Below are positions 17,251-27,200 of a DNA stretch of 64,000 nucleotides, piece by piece. The notes under the pieces were generated by a model that ran no database searches, had not been told where the DNA came from, and saw nothing but the letters and a program-made list of their open reading frames with translations. A program made the translations under genes and the position numbers. This DNA is from a virus. Numbering within the stretch: the stretch's first letter is position 1; each line of letters opens with the position of its first letter. The stretch is from IMG/VR virus record IMGVR_UViG_3300003886_000002; one strand, given 5' to 3'.

Positions 17251-17292
17251 AATAAAACAACCTACGCCCCCTGCCGAAACAGGGGGCGTAGG
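17251..17292 (-). terminator. intrinsic terminator
   Basis: CCTACGCCCCCTG-TTTCGG-CAGGGGGCGTAGG followed by TTGTTTTATT. Confidence 0.85.
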
Positions 17293-17515
17293 AGAAGCGA
17301 GGACTTGGCTGCCTCGAACAGGGGGCATCGGGTTGCCAATGCATTTGCCCCTGTACCACTCAATTGTCTGCCGACATCAGATTCCACCATCCACCGATGG
17401 CAGCCCTCCGCACAGACGTGCCTCGGGACCTTCTGACTTAAGTGTGCTGTGCGGCCAGCCGATGCGTACCGCTATTGAGCCACTCCTTACTCTCAGGAAG
17501 CTATCCCTTGAGCAA
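17255..17515 (-). ncRNA. candidate structured ncRNA (about 260 nt)
   Basis: Own promoter (17521-17542) and terminator, no credible ORF, several nested helices. Confidence 0.5.
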
Positions 17516-17542
17516 CCGACACCCTACCACATGGGGGTGACA

Positions 17543-18088
17543 CTAACCGGATGGGAAATGTTCGCAACCAAATACTTCCGACAGCGGTACCATTGCAACT
17601 ATGTCATCGCGCCCTGCAACGGGACGTGTGACCAAACGAACGGCCCCGTGCTCCTCGCATTCAGGGGAATGAAACCAGACGTCGTTGTTTCCGCTAGGGC
17701 CAGATGGGTAATCGACTAGGCAGTGTGAGCATATGGTCCACTTGGGATAGTCCCCATGAACCCGCATGACAATCTTTGCCAAAGCAATGATAGCGTCCTC
17801 AAACGTATCCCCGCCACAGTCCAATTCCCAATCATGCGTCTGGCCCCCATCGTCCTCCAACGGCCCACACTCTACCCAAATGTTGGTCTTGGTGTTCAGG
17901 GAATCATCATCTTCGACACGATCATTAACAGGATTCACTTTTACCACAATGAGATCGTATGCGATGGTGAAACCCTCGCTTCCCTTCATCGGGCCGTCCC
18001 TATAGCGAAAGTATGGATGTCCATAGAGCCAATCCCATGCTTCATGGAAATCGTCAAGGTTCGGGGTGAGCAATGGAAGATCAGTCAT
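17543..18088 (-). CDS. hypothetical protein
   Basis: 181-aa ORF, ATGA coupling. Confidence 0.7.
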   Translation of the reverse strand: MTDLPLLTPNLDDFHEAWDWLYGHPYFRYRDGPMKGSEGFTIAYDLIVVKVNPVNDRVEDDDSLNTKTNIWVECGPLEDDGGQTHDWELDCGGDTFEDAIIALAKIVMRVHGDYPKWTICSHCLVDYPSGPSGNNDVWFHSPECEEHGAVRLVTRPVAGRDDIVAMVPLSEVFGCEHFPSG

Positions 18089-18474
18089 CGTCTAAACCTC
18101 GGCCACCATCTGCGATGGGAGTAGGCCAATATGAGGTGTGAGAATAGGTGCGCCACGCTTGGGGAAGGGATCGCAGCAAATGCTGTCGCCTCAAAGGACA
18201 AATCGGGTTCACGGAATACTTCACGTACATCAACCCAATGCTTGATCCTGTAGTAGAAGTCAAGTAGCGCTTGCTGGTCATCTACTTCTAGAACGATAAG
18301 GTAATTCCCGTTAGGGTCGTCATGCCAACTCTTTGATGCGTCAGGAGCCCGTAGGCACATCTCTGCGACTGCGTGGCCAACCTGGGCGGCACGAAGCCCC
18401 GGGGGGAGATCCCCGCGGACAACGACATACATTTTCGTTTTTCCTGCCATTGCAGGAAGATCATCCGGTCTCAC
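18085..18474 (-). CDS. peptidyl-tRNA hydrolase, Pth2-like
   Basis: KMYVVVRGDLPPGLRAAQVGHAV, YLIVLEV, FREPDL. Confidence 0.8.
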   Translation of the reverse strand: MRPDDLPAMAGKTKMYVVVRGDLPPGLRAAQVGHAVAEMCLRAPDASKSWHDDPNGNYLIVLEVDDQQALLDFYYRIKHWVDVREVFREPDLSFEATAFAAIPSPSVAHLFSHLILAYSHRRWWPRFRR

Positions 18475-19133
18475 CTATAGTCCTTCCGTTTTATCTTCAC
18501 AGTGATACGTTTCCCTCTACCGTCGTAGATGTCAACTGCTGGACGCCCTACGATCCCTTCGGGGTGTGCAACCCCTTGCCACTGCGACCCTATATGGCCA
18601 TTTACGACGAAACCTTCTGCTGTGCAAATGTCGGCGGTAGCAGCCCCATCGAATTGGACCGTAGGGACTACGTCAATGCCCAATTTGTTGGCAATATCAA
18701 CAACGTTTGCACGTGAAAGCCAATAACGCCCTACCCGCACATCGAACAGCACGAAGTCTACGCTGTCCGCAATGTAATCCCCGCCTCCTTTCTGGATGCC
18801 AGCCCCATATCCTTCACCATACAACGTCACGTAATAGTTGGTGTCTGGGAAGGATTCGCGCCATGGGATAGTCTCTTGCAAACCTATCAGGCGTGCCAAA
18901 AGAGCAGAAGGGATCTGGGCACGGTCAGTGCGACCCCCGATATCGTATAGGGAATCATCTGGGTCTGTGAGGTCCTTCCCAAGCCTAATGTTGGTTCCGT
19001 CGATCTTCTCGGTCCAAACCCATTGGTTGTAGCGAAGGTACTCGAATACGGGGAGGCTAAACTGACCGTCGATGATCTTGCCTTTCTCCCCCCGCTTGTA
19101 CAGGCCGTTGATCTTAGGGTAGGCAGCGAACAT
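18471..19133 (-). CDS. ATP-dependent RNA ligase (Rnl2-type)
   Basis: YPKI, TEKIDGTN, LYGEGYG, FVLFDV, EGIV, VKIK. Confidence 0.9.
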   Translation of the reverse strand: MFAAYPKINGLYKRGEKGKIIDGQFSLPVFEYLRYNQWVWTEKIDGTNIRLGKDLTDPDDSLYDIGGRTDRAQIPSALLARLIGLQETIPWRESFPDTNYYVTLYGEGYGAGIQKGGGDYIADSVDFVLFDVRVGRYWLSRANVVDIANKLGIDVVPTVQFDGAATADICTAEGFVVNGHIGSQWQGVAHPEGIVGRPAVDIYDGRGKRITVKIKRKDYR

Positions 19134-19167
19134 GGGGATCACCTTACTAGGTGGGCATGACCCTGGG

Positions 19168-19581
19168 TCACGCCAAGTATGTTTCATGCATCTTGCGGAT
19201 GACCGCCTCACCAACGTGTCCCACCTCGCGGGATGCGTCGCGGCGAATGCACTCATCTAGGGGGACGCTGCGAAAATCTCGTATAAGGAACCTGGCCCCA
19301 TAGATGACAGCGAAACCCTCCAGGGCTGCAATGCACGATGGGTGAAAATTCGTGTCATCGCAGACAACAGAAAATCCTCTCCCCAGGAAACAACCCAGGA
19401 TGACGTCGCGGGCAGCTATGATCGTGACCTCGTTTTCCTCAGACCAAACCCCCACATCGACCATGCAACGTAAATCATCCCTGTTGATCCTCTTCACGGC
19501 ACCCCCCGAGCGAGACACGATACCTTTGGCCCAGGTTGTCTTACCAGATGCAGGGAGCCCAATGGTTGCGATCAAATCCAT
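19168..19581 (-). CDS. polynucleotide kinase (kinase domain only)
   Basis: GLPASGKTT, INRDDLR, DDTN, ECIRRDASR. Confidence 0.9.
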   Translation of the reverse strand: MDLIATIGLPASGKTTWAKGIVSRSGGAVKRINRDDLRCMVDVGVWSEENEVTIIAARDVILGCFLGRGFSVVCDDTNFHPSCIAALEGFAVIYGARFLIRDFRSVPLDECIRRDASREVGHVGEAVIRKMHETYLA

Positions 19582-19656
19582 GCTCGCACAGTAGCAGGTA
19601 GGGGGGACAACGCTTAGAGAAAGTGGCACAACCCGCTGTCCCGGTCCCATCTGTAT

Positions 19657-20829
19657 GTGGAAACCCTACACTTTGCCCCCCAACTATGGCAGACTGGTCG
19701 TATGACTTTCGGAGAAACAGAAGCATATTTAAACGCTAACGGACTCACTCCCCAATCGGTTTTCCAAACCCTTTTGATGCAACGAGTGGTAAACGGCGAC
19801 TTCAACTACATCGCGACAAAAGTGTTTGACAGCCCGTCAACGTGGTCTAGCGTCATCGAAGTATTAGCAGCAACCCCCGGTATACAGATCAAACAGGTTG
19901 GGGAAGTCAAATCGACCCTAAACGTTGCAGCCTTTGAACGTAAGAACTCTACGGCAGTGCTTACACAAGACCATTGGGGGGAGTGGGAGCTGCTAGTCGC
20001 CGTCAACGACTCAGGTGAAGCAGACCGCTGGATCGGGGCAGTTAAATCTCTACTTCCCCCGCACCCCCCCATCCCTGTCCCAGATCTTCCAAACAACATT
20101 GTCCCAGTGATGTTCTGGATGCAAAACCCCTACACAGGGGGAGCGGACTATCGACGCAGGAACATTGAAGTCACTAAATGGGAAGAGATCGAAGCCAACT
20201 ATCCCTGCGACACACGACACCAAATATCCGAGGTCATGGGCTCCGTCCAACCGGATGGGGAAGGCAAACTGATACTCTTCCAGGGTCCGCCGGGGACAGG
20301 GAAGACAAGGTCGATCCTGTCGCTGATCAGTGAATGGCGTGACTGGTGTTTCTCGTCTGTCGTTACGGACGCTGACAGGCTGCTAGGTGACCCAACCTAT
20401 CTCAACGATCTGCTATTCAGCATGGAAGGCCGAGGGGATTATCTCCTACTGATCATAGAAGACGGTGACGAATTCGTCAATGTTGACGAACGCTCATCTA
20501 AAGGCCAGGCACTTAGCCGTATCCTCAACATCGCCGACGGCATTATGGGGCAGGGGCTCAACATGTTGACCCTCATATCTACGAATGTATCCGTAGACAA
20601 ACTGAACCCGGCAATGGCACGCCCTGGGCGCTGCATGGCGAACATCCACTTCCCAGGGTTCTCATCTGATGAGGCTGCACAGTGGATGGAAGGGAAGATT
20701 GCAGAAAGTGATCTTGTCCCCGATGCCATTGAGGCGCTTACGCAAAGCAAATATGGGGTTTCTACAGACGACGTATCTTCGCCAGAACACATGTTCACTC
20801 TGGCAGAGCTTTACGATGCGCTGCGTTAA
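19657..20829 (+). CDS. AAA+ ATPase
   Basis: GPPGTGKT, LLIIEDGD, LNIADG, ARPGRC. Confidence 0.85.
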   Translation: METLHFAPQLWQTGRMTFGETEAYLNANGLTPQSVFQTLLMQRVVNGDFNYIATKVFDSPSTWSSVIEVLAATPGIQIKQVGEVKSTLNVAAFERKNSTAVLTQDHWGEWELLVAVNDSGEADRWIGAVKSLLPPHPPIPVPDLPNNIVPVMFWMQNPYTGGADYRRRNIEVTKWEEIEANYPCDTRHQISEVMGSVQPDGEGKLILFQGPPGTGKTRSILSLISEWRDWCFSSVVTDADRLLGDPTYLNDLLFSMEGRGDYLLLIIEDGDEFVNVDERSSKGQALSRILNIADGIMGQGLNMLTLISTNVSVDKLNPAMARPGRCMANIHFPGFSSDEAAQWMEGKIAESDLVPDAIEALTQSKYGVSTDDVSSPEHMFTLAELYDALR

Positions 20830-20832
20830 CGA

Positions 20833-21069
20833 CTAGTCCTCGACAAATATGCATTCGCCTGGGCAAGACTCAGCCGCCTCTGATACATCATCCTCGCATT
20901 CTTGAGGGACGACAGCCGCCTGTTCGCTCCCCCCGGGGGTATCCAGGACAACCCCATTCTGAACTGCGTAGGCCAAGGGGTTACGGCCGCGCATAATGAA
21001 CACGTTAGGGCAAATCTCTTCGCAGAGCCCATCGCCTGTGCAATCTTCTTGTATGATCCATACCTTCAT
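20833..21069 (-). CDS. ferredoxin
   Basis: MKVWIIQEDCTGDGLCEEICP...AAESCPGECIFVE. Confidence 0.9.
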   Translation of the reverse strand: MKVWIIQEDCTGDGLCEEICPNVFIMRGRNPLAYAVQNGVVLDTPGGSEQAAVVPQECEDDVSEAAESCPGECIFVED

Positions 21070-21132
21070 AACGTACCCCCGTGGCGCTACTCCCACCATA
21101 CGCGCAAGAGCCACCCCGTAGGGTGACCCTTT

Positions 21133-21548
21133 TGGTGGAGCCGGGGGGTATCGAACCCCCGTCCAATGAGAGATTACGCTGTCCGATGTACAACCATCCT
21201 TCGTCTTTCCGAAGCGTCAGTGCAATGGGGTTTCCCCTGTCGCAACTAGCGGGTCTTTCCCCGCAGTCGTGAACAGTATGCCTGTCCCGGCATTCAGTCT
21301 TTCCTGAATGTCAACTCGTCTGTCCGTGTTGTCAGACTGATTGGATAGCAAGGTTCAGTCAGACCCCGTCCTGCTCGTCTATCAAACGAGGACGCTTTCG
21401 CAAGCATCAAACTCTGCCCAAAGGGCGTCAGATTCAGGAGCCTCGGTGTTGTCCTCGGCGTGTATTTTGGTGCCCCGTTTCACGAGTCTGAGCAACTCGG
21501 GTTGCGTTCGGCGCTCACAGGCTCATTGTCGAATCCTGTTTCAGCCCC
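21133..21548 (-). ncRNA. ssrA: tmRNA
   Basis: 5' GGGGCTGAAACAGGATTCGAC; 3' GTTCGATACCCCCCGGCTCCACCA; tag ORF 21459-21382. Confidence 0.95.
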
Positions 21549-21585
21549 TAGTTGTTGCTACACACCCTACCACATGGGGGTGACA

Positions 21586-21867
21586 TCAGTTGTACCCCAT
21601 GCGACCCTTCATCGCATTCATTGCAACATCCGAATTAGCGATAATCGTTTCAATCGCATCTGGGTTGTCTACATTGTGTAGGTTTACCCCAGACATGCGG
21701 GCCAATACCCCATAGGCTGCTGCTACCGCTAGGAAGGCCCCACGTAACTCGTCGAGATCCATCGCTATAAGCACACTATGTGCTGCACCCATGTCGCCTC
21801 GTTCTACGGGGCCTAAGAACTTGCAGATATTGGTGAGGTTGCGGCGGATTATCTGAGAATCTTCCAT
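21586..21867 (-). CDS. hypothetical protein
   Basis: 93-aa ORF behind promoter motif. Confidence 0.6.
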   Translation of the reverse strand: MEDSQIIRRNLTNICKFLGPVERGDMGAAHSVLIAMDLDELRGAFLAVAAAYGVLARMSGVNLHNVDNPDAIETIIANSDVAMNAMKGRMGYN

Positions 21868-21921
21868 ACGGCATCATACCCCATTCTATGGTCACCCGGG
21901 ATGCTGCATCTTTCTACTTTG

Positions 21922-22004
21922 CGGAGAGCGGAGGACACGATCCCCAAGCCTTACGACTCCGGCCACTTTCCAGGTGGCGTCAACACCTTGTCGATTCACT
22001 CTCC
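21922..22004 (-). tRNA. tRNA-Ser(GGA)
   Basis: GCCAC-CTGGAAA-GTGGC, long variable arm. Confidence 0.85.
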
Positions 22005-22086
22005 ATGTTGAGAGAATCATGTATCTAAATCCTCTCAAGGAATATAAGACTCATGACCCTTAACGCAGGGACATGTATCTCATTTG

Positions 22087-22169
22087 CGGAAGGAGAGGGA
22101 TTCGAACCCCCAACTCCTGACGAAGCCACAGTTTTCAAAACTGCTTGGCACCCCAATGCCGGTCCTTCC
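22087..22169 (-). tRNA. tRNA-Ser(TGA)
   Basis: GCAGT-TTTGAAA-ACTGT. Confidence 0.9.
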
Positions 22170-22188
22170 TTGTCTAATCTATCCTGAG

Positions 22189-22271
22189 CGGAGAGTGGAG
22201 GAGTTGCACCCCATGCCTCGCGACACGTATCGCTTTCGAAACGACCCCAGCGCTTTGCCGGTTCGCCCTCC
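22189..22271 (-). tRNA. tRNA-Ser(CGA)
   Basis: GTCGT-TTCGAAA-GCGAT. Confidence 0.85.
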
Positions 22272-22324
22272 AATATGTAACCGAACGTCTACATTCGTTC
22301 CCTGTAAAGGTTCGGTTACATAAG

Positions 22325-22411
22325 CGGAACGTCGAGGACTTGCACCCCAACCCCATGTGGGATCGAACGCCTTAGCAGGGCGCCCCGGCACGCTTGTCCG
22401 GTTGGCATTCC
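22325..22411 (-). tRNA. tRNA-Ser(GCT)
   Basis: GCGCC-CTGCTAA-GGCGT. Confidence 0.85.
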
Positions 22412-22475
22412 ATCGCTTACATCTAAACCGGATTCGCTGCCGAGAACACACAGATTCCGGTATGGATCTAAGTCG

Positions 22476-22554
22476 TGAGAGGGGTGAGAATCGAACTCAC
22501 CATGCCTAAGCACCTGGGTTACAGCCAGGTTGTCCACCTTGGAGCGTCCCTCCC
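22476..22554 (-). tRNA. tRNA-Tyr(GTA)
   Basis: CCTGG-CTGTAAC-CCAGG, long variable arm. Confidence 0.85.
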
Positions 22555-22576
22555 GAGAGAGGACACGCGCGTGCCC

Positions 22577-22633
22577 TCAGTCGCTAGATGAGCGACTCGA
22601 ATACGATGCGGACGAATACAGAAGACGATTCAT
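22577..22633 (-). CDS. leader peptide of tRNA operon D (Tyr/Ser)
   Basis: MNRLLYSSASYSSRSSSD; ATG 9 nt after TATGAT. Confidence 0.85.
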   Translation of the reverse strand: MNRLLYSSASYSSRSSSD

Positions 22634-22673
22634 GACTATCTCATCATAACACACGGGGGGGACATCGATAGAC

Positions 22674-23309
22674 CTAGGGTCGAGCTAATGCACACTCCAC
22701 CACTTCAAGAGCATCAATTTCGTTCCATGCCCCATCACGCCCACCGTCAGAAATCAACCATCGGTATAGATCGTTTACCTGTTCGAATACAGGGGACACA
22801 GGGGTCCCATCTGTAATGGTTTCGTACACTTGCCAGCTAGTCGGGGCCTCATCGAATGTCGGGCGGAACGTGGTACTGTTCTGCCGTTGAGATGGTTTAG
22901 GCCCATGCCATTCGTCGAAAGCCGGGCCTGTTTGCGGCATGTCGTCGGGCTGATTGGGATACTCCCCAGAAATCCACTGCAACAGATATGACTCCCATTC
23001 CACACAAGCCTCATCAAATGTCTGGTCGTGCATAGGGATAAACGTCTCCCCGTCAGATAACCCGAGGTCGAGACGGTACTTAGTGACAGCGTCCATACGG
23101 GCCTCATTGCCCTCTGGGTCACCGGGAGACATTCGGCCAAGATACCTGTCCTCTAACGATGCCCTAATGTAAGAGTCATGTGCCATCTCGTTACGCGTAA
23201 TCACAGATGGGTGTGCCCACGCGGCAGAAGGAAACGCATCGGTGTCTGTAGACTTTGGGTGCTGCCATCCAGGCGGAACCCTACGGATCTCACGATTCTT
23301 TTTCGACAA
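22674..23309 (-). CDS. hypothetical phage protein
   Basis: REIRRVPPGWQHP...WQVYETITDGTPVSPVF; GGAGG RBS. Confidence 0.75.
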   Translation of the reverse strand: MSKKNREIRRVPPGWQHPKSTDTDAFPSAAWAHPSVITRNEMAHDSYIRASLEDRYLGRMSPGDPEGNEARMDAVTKYRLDLGLSDGETFIPMHDQTFDEACVEWESYLLQWISGEYPNQPDDMPQTGPAFDEWHGPKPSQRQNSTTFRPTFDEAPTSWQVYETITDGTPVSPVFEQVNDLYRWLISDGGRDGAWNEIDALEVVECALARP

Positions 23310-23318
23310 TGTTCCTCC

Positions 23319-23876
23319 CTAAGGTTTCGGGGCTATCCTATCTAACATTCCGAGCACCCGCCGAGGCAAATCATCCAAAACCCCATTGTTGTAGATGGTG
23401 TGACCGAAATCCCATTGGTCCAAATCCTTTTCGGACGTGTGTCCGTTCACTGCTTGCACCCCTGGCCTTATAATGCGTACAGCAGTTCCGCCAGCAGCAA
23501 CAATTGCGCCTGCTTCATTAGCGAAACGCATATCTGTGAAAACGACTCGTTCGAATTTCTTAGCTCGCATCATCCCGATGGTAACCCACGTGTCCTTGCC
23601 TATGATTTCCCGCACTGCTTCTGTGCCTAGGACTTGCAAGAAACGTCGTACCTCTAGGTGATCACGTTTTGCCCTTTCGTATCCCACGTCATCCAGCAGA
23701 TCACTGTACCTGATGAAACGAAGCCCTTCATCGCTGTCGATAATTGGGTTTATTGCAAGTGCCATCTCACGGAGGGGATCAGCAAAACCCATTTTCGTAA
23801 ACGAAAAGTCGTCGACAAGTATGTCTGCTATGGCGTCTTTGCCACTACCTGCCCAGCCTGATAAACCAATGATCAT
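23319..23876 (-). CDS. deoxynucleoside monophosphate kinase
   Basis: MIIGLSGWAGSGKD, FADPLRE, RRFLQVLGTE, DMRFANE, HTSE. Confidence 0.9.
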   Translation of the reverse strand: MIIGLSGWAGSGKDAIADILVDDFSFTKMGFADPLREMALAINPIIDSDEGLRFIRYSDLLDDVGYERAKRDHLEVRRFLQVLGTEAVREIIGKDTWVTIGMMRAKKFERVVFTDMRFANEAGAIVAAGGTAVRIIRPGVQAVNGHTSEKDLDQWDFGHTIYNNGVLDDLPRRVLGMLDRIAPKP

Positions 23877-23939
23877 GGGGTCTGCCCACACGCGCTGATA
23901 ACGGAACTGCTGGTGACTCCCAAGGAGGTACACGCATTT

Positions 23940-24260
23940 TCACTCATCTGTATCGTCCCCACTGTCCTGTTCTCTCCGGGTGCGTACGCGTTCGCGTCTT
24001 ACTCTACGCCGCTCACGTTCACTTAACCCACCCCATATCCCAAACTTTTCGTTGTATTCAAGAGCAGACTCCAAACACTGTGCCCTCACCTTACAATCGC
24101 TACAAACCTGTTTTGCCGCCCTAGTTGACGCCCCCCGCTCGGGGAAGAACATGCCAGGATTAGCCCCTCGGCACTTAGCTTCTGCTTCCCACAGGTAATC
24201 TAAGCTATCTTCCCATTTAGGGTGCACTGACTCTCTCTTTACCATTGGATACAGAAACAA
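23940..24260 (-). CDS. whiB: WhiB-family transcription factor
   Basis: AKC...FFPERG...AKQVCSDCKVRAQCLESAL...GIWGG. Confidence 0.95.
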   Translation of the reverse strand: MFLYPMVKRESVHPKWEDSLDYLWEAEAKCRGANPGMFFPERGASTRAAKQVCSDCKVRAQCLESALEYNEKFGIWGGLSERERRRVRRERVRTRREQDSGDDTDE

Positions 24261-24296
24261 TAGTGCATCTTAGACTATTCAGTCATGATGATTCAA

Positions 24297-27200
24297 CTAC
24301 AGGATTCTCAAGAAATCGTACCCAAGTTCATTACCCTGGTTAGCCCCAACGGTACACACAAGTGCCCCTGGGGACGATTGTGACCCTGTTGCGTTCTGCC
24401 ACCAGATAGAACCCCCGTCCTGTGCAGGGCACTGTATCCATGTACGCGGCCCAAAGTTCTTAACGCATAGGTGGTGGTAATGCCCTGTGAAAAGAAGTCG
24501 GGCATCCCCTACAGGACGCTCCCCTGCCATTTGCCCCGTCCACCAGTTATAGACCTTCTGTTCCACAGCTCCCCCCTTGGTACATAGATGACCGTGGGTG
24601 AAACCTACCACAACCCCACCGATGTCTAACACTATCGCCAACTCTTCATCCGGGATCACATATTTTACATGACCAAAGGCATCGTCGTTCATCGACAGGA
24701 TTTCGGCAACCATCTCGAAGATAGCGACATCGTCGTTATCCCCCGGGGTTGTAAATGCCTTAGCCTTCCCACCCGATGAAGATGACCCGCCACGGTTCTC
24801 CCCATGGTTTCCCCCCACCCCACCTAATATCAGGCGTGGAACAATCTTCGAGAGTCCTATCGTTCCATCCCTGAGGCAACGACGCGTAAGCCTAAGCTGC
24901 TCACGCCGATTCAGTTCAACTGTAAAGGGTTGCGACGGATAGTTCCCCCAACAATTGCCTGTCAGGAGATCGTTCACCAATGCGAAGGCGTGCGTCTCAG
25001 ACACCACAGCACAATACACTTCGTCTTCTCGTCCCACATCTTCAACTGATTCGATACACCAATACCTGTCACGATCACAACATGACAAGTAGTTAGATAA
25101 GGCACCGACCATCTGCTTGAACGCAAGCCTGTGGGGTTCTTCTACAAAGAACCATTCTGGGATGGTTGACTCAATGAGTGCAAGTCTATATGAGGAAGCA
25201 AACCCCCCGTCAGCAGTTGTGTATCGTTTGCATGTAATGGGCTGTGTCCCTATACCTACATGTGAACAGACCCAAGCATAGCGTTCTAGGGCAGACACAT
25301 CCGTTGAAGAAACATGGACAGTTTCGTCCACATCTCCCGCAGTAGCGAAATATCCTGCGGCCCAACCCATCAGGTACTCAGGAGTCTCGTCTCCTCTTGG
25401 GAAGGGTCTGACATCCGGCGATGTAGGTATAGGGCTATTAAGGGAACTACTGTGTCCATCGGGGCAACCGTATCCGTGTTGCACCCCAAGCGCGTCTATC
25501 TGGTATGGGTTGTCCGCAAATGTGCTTGCCAGGAAGTCTCCTTGACCAAGTTCTGCGGTAACAACCTCTTCTCCATCTGTCGCATCTAGCGAACTATCTA
25601 GACGGAACCAGCGGTGCCCAGGGGTCGCCCACTCTGTCCGCTCTACCCCCATACGTGACATCGTGATCTTTAGGAGTCTCTGCTTCCCAAACGACTTGAC
25701 GTCCGCGTTTACCCACTCCCCGCGGGTGGTTTGCAGCACTGCATGCCCTTCAATGGCAAGTTTATCAATCCTCTGTGTCCCGCTGTTAGTCACCACTTGA
25801 GTTTCTGGGGCAACACACTGCTCTACAAGGTCCCCCATACCAATAAGGTATAGGCAGCCGATATCAATGTTGATTCTTCGGAGATCTGCAACATAGTCTG
25901 CCACGCGGTCAAATGATGTCATAACCCGGTCAATTGTTCCCTTAACTCCATCCCCGTCACTATTATGTGTCACAACAAGGTCGTGTCCTGCAAGGTATAG
26001 GCCACCTTCAACAGTGATGCACTGTGCGCTCACCATCCCTGCGGGCTCCACAGACCTAACCAACAGCGAACGGGACTGTCCACTATCCGATGTAGTCAGC
26101 TGTGCGAGTTTCGGCTTCATCCTAAACACTTGGTGATCTTCACGATCCCCGTCCGGCATGAACTCCACACTATAGATAGGCTTCCCTGACGTATTGGGCA
26201 GTAGCCCTTGTACCTGTGAGCGTAATGTTTTCATCCCAAGGCTTGCCACTAGCCAATCCACAGCATCTACAATCTGGATATCGGCAGTGACTTTAACTAT
26301 CCCGGATGATGTAACACTAGCCCCCACGTCAAGCAGCCCTTGTAGGAGCCTTAAACGCTGGGATACAGAACCAAGCAACAGATTGGGTGGGATCTGCCCA
26401 GGGGACAATAGCCCGGCAATATACAGATCATCTAACAACCCTTCTATAGCAATACCTACATATCCAATCTGAGGGACAGCATGGAATGTTGCCTGTGTCT
26501 CAAACAAGTTAGCCCAGTGGGCAGCATCACCTAATGGAACTACTATCTTGCCTGTATCTGCGTCCCCTCCACTGATCCACGCCCCCCATAGGTATGGGTC
26601 AACCCCCATTTGGACAGAGTCAAGGAGCACGGGCTGTGGCAGACCAATACGGAAACCCTCACCTGCCTGATCAGGGGCGTCTTGGTCAATGAATCTTCGT
26701 TGAATAATCTCCTGTGTTGTGTATACCAACTGTTGTTGCGGAGGTTGACCATCTGATGCTTTTCGTGAGTCCCACCCAAGCCAGCCATGCTGACCAGAGG
26801 CAACCAACGAAACCCCATTGTCAAACCCAATACGGGAGCAAGGCTGTTCAGCAGAACCTGTTACAGACAGAACCCTGACAGGGTTGCCATTTACTCCATA
26901 CACACTGTCCCCTGCCCGGAGATGCCCATGCAGCACCCACCCTCCTGGGGTAAGAACCGGAGTGTCATCCGATAAAGCTTTACCTATCTGCCAATCAGAC
27001 AGGCACATGAGCAGGTCAACGGGTTCGTCAGGAATCAGGAGTGAACGTTTAGGTTTCTTGTGCCTCCCGATACCAACTAAAAGTTCTTTAATGTCAAGGC
27101 CATAGTATGCTGCTCGCAGCCTTATACGTGCCTTGTAGTAATAGAACCGTTCAATGCTCCCGGCCCCCATGTTGGCGTCCCATGCACGAAACTCTGGGTT

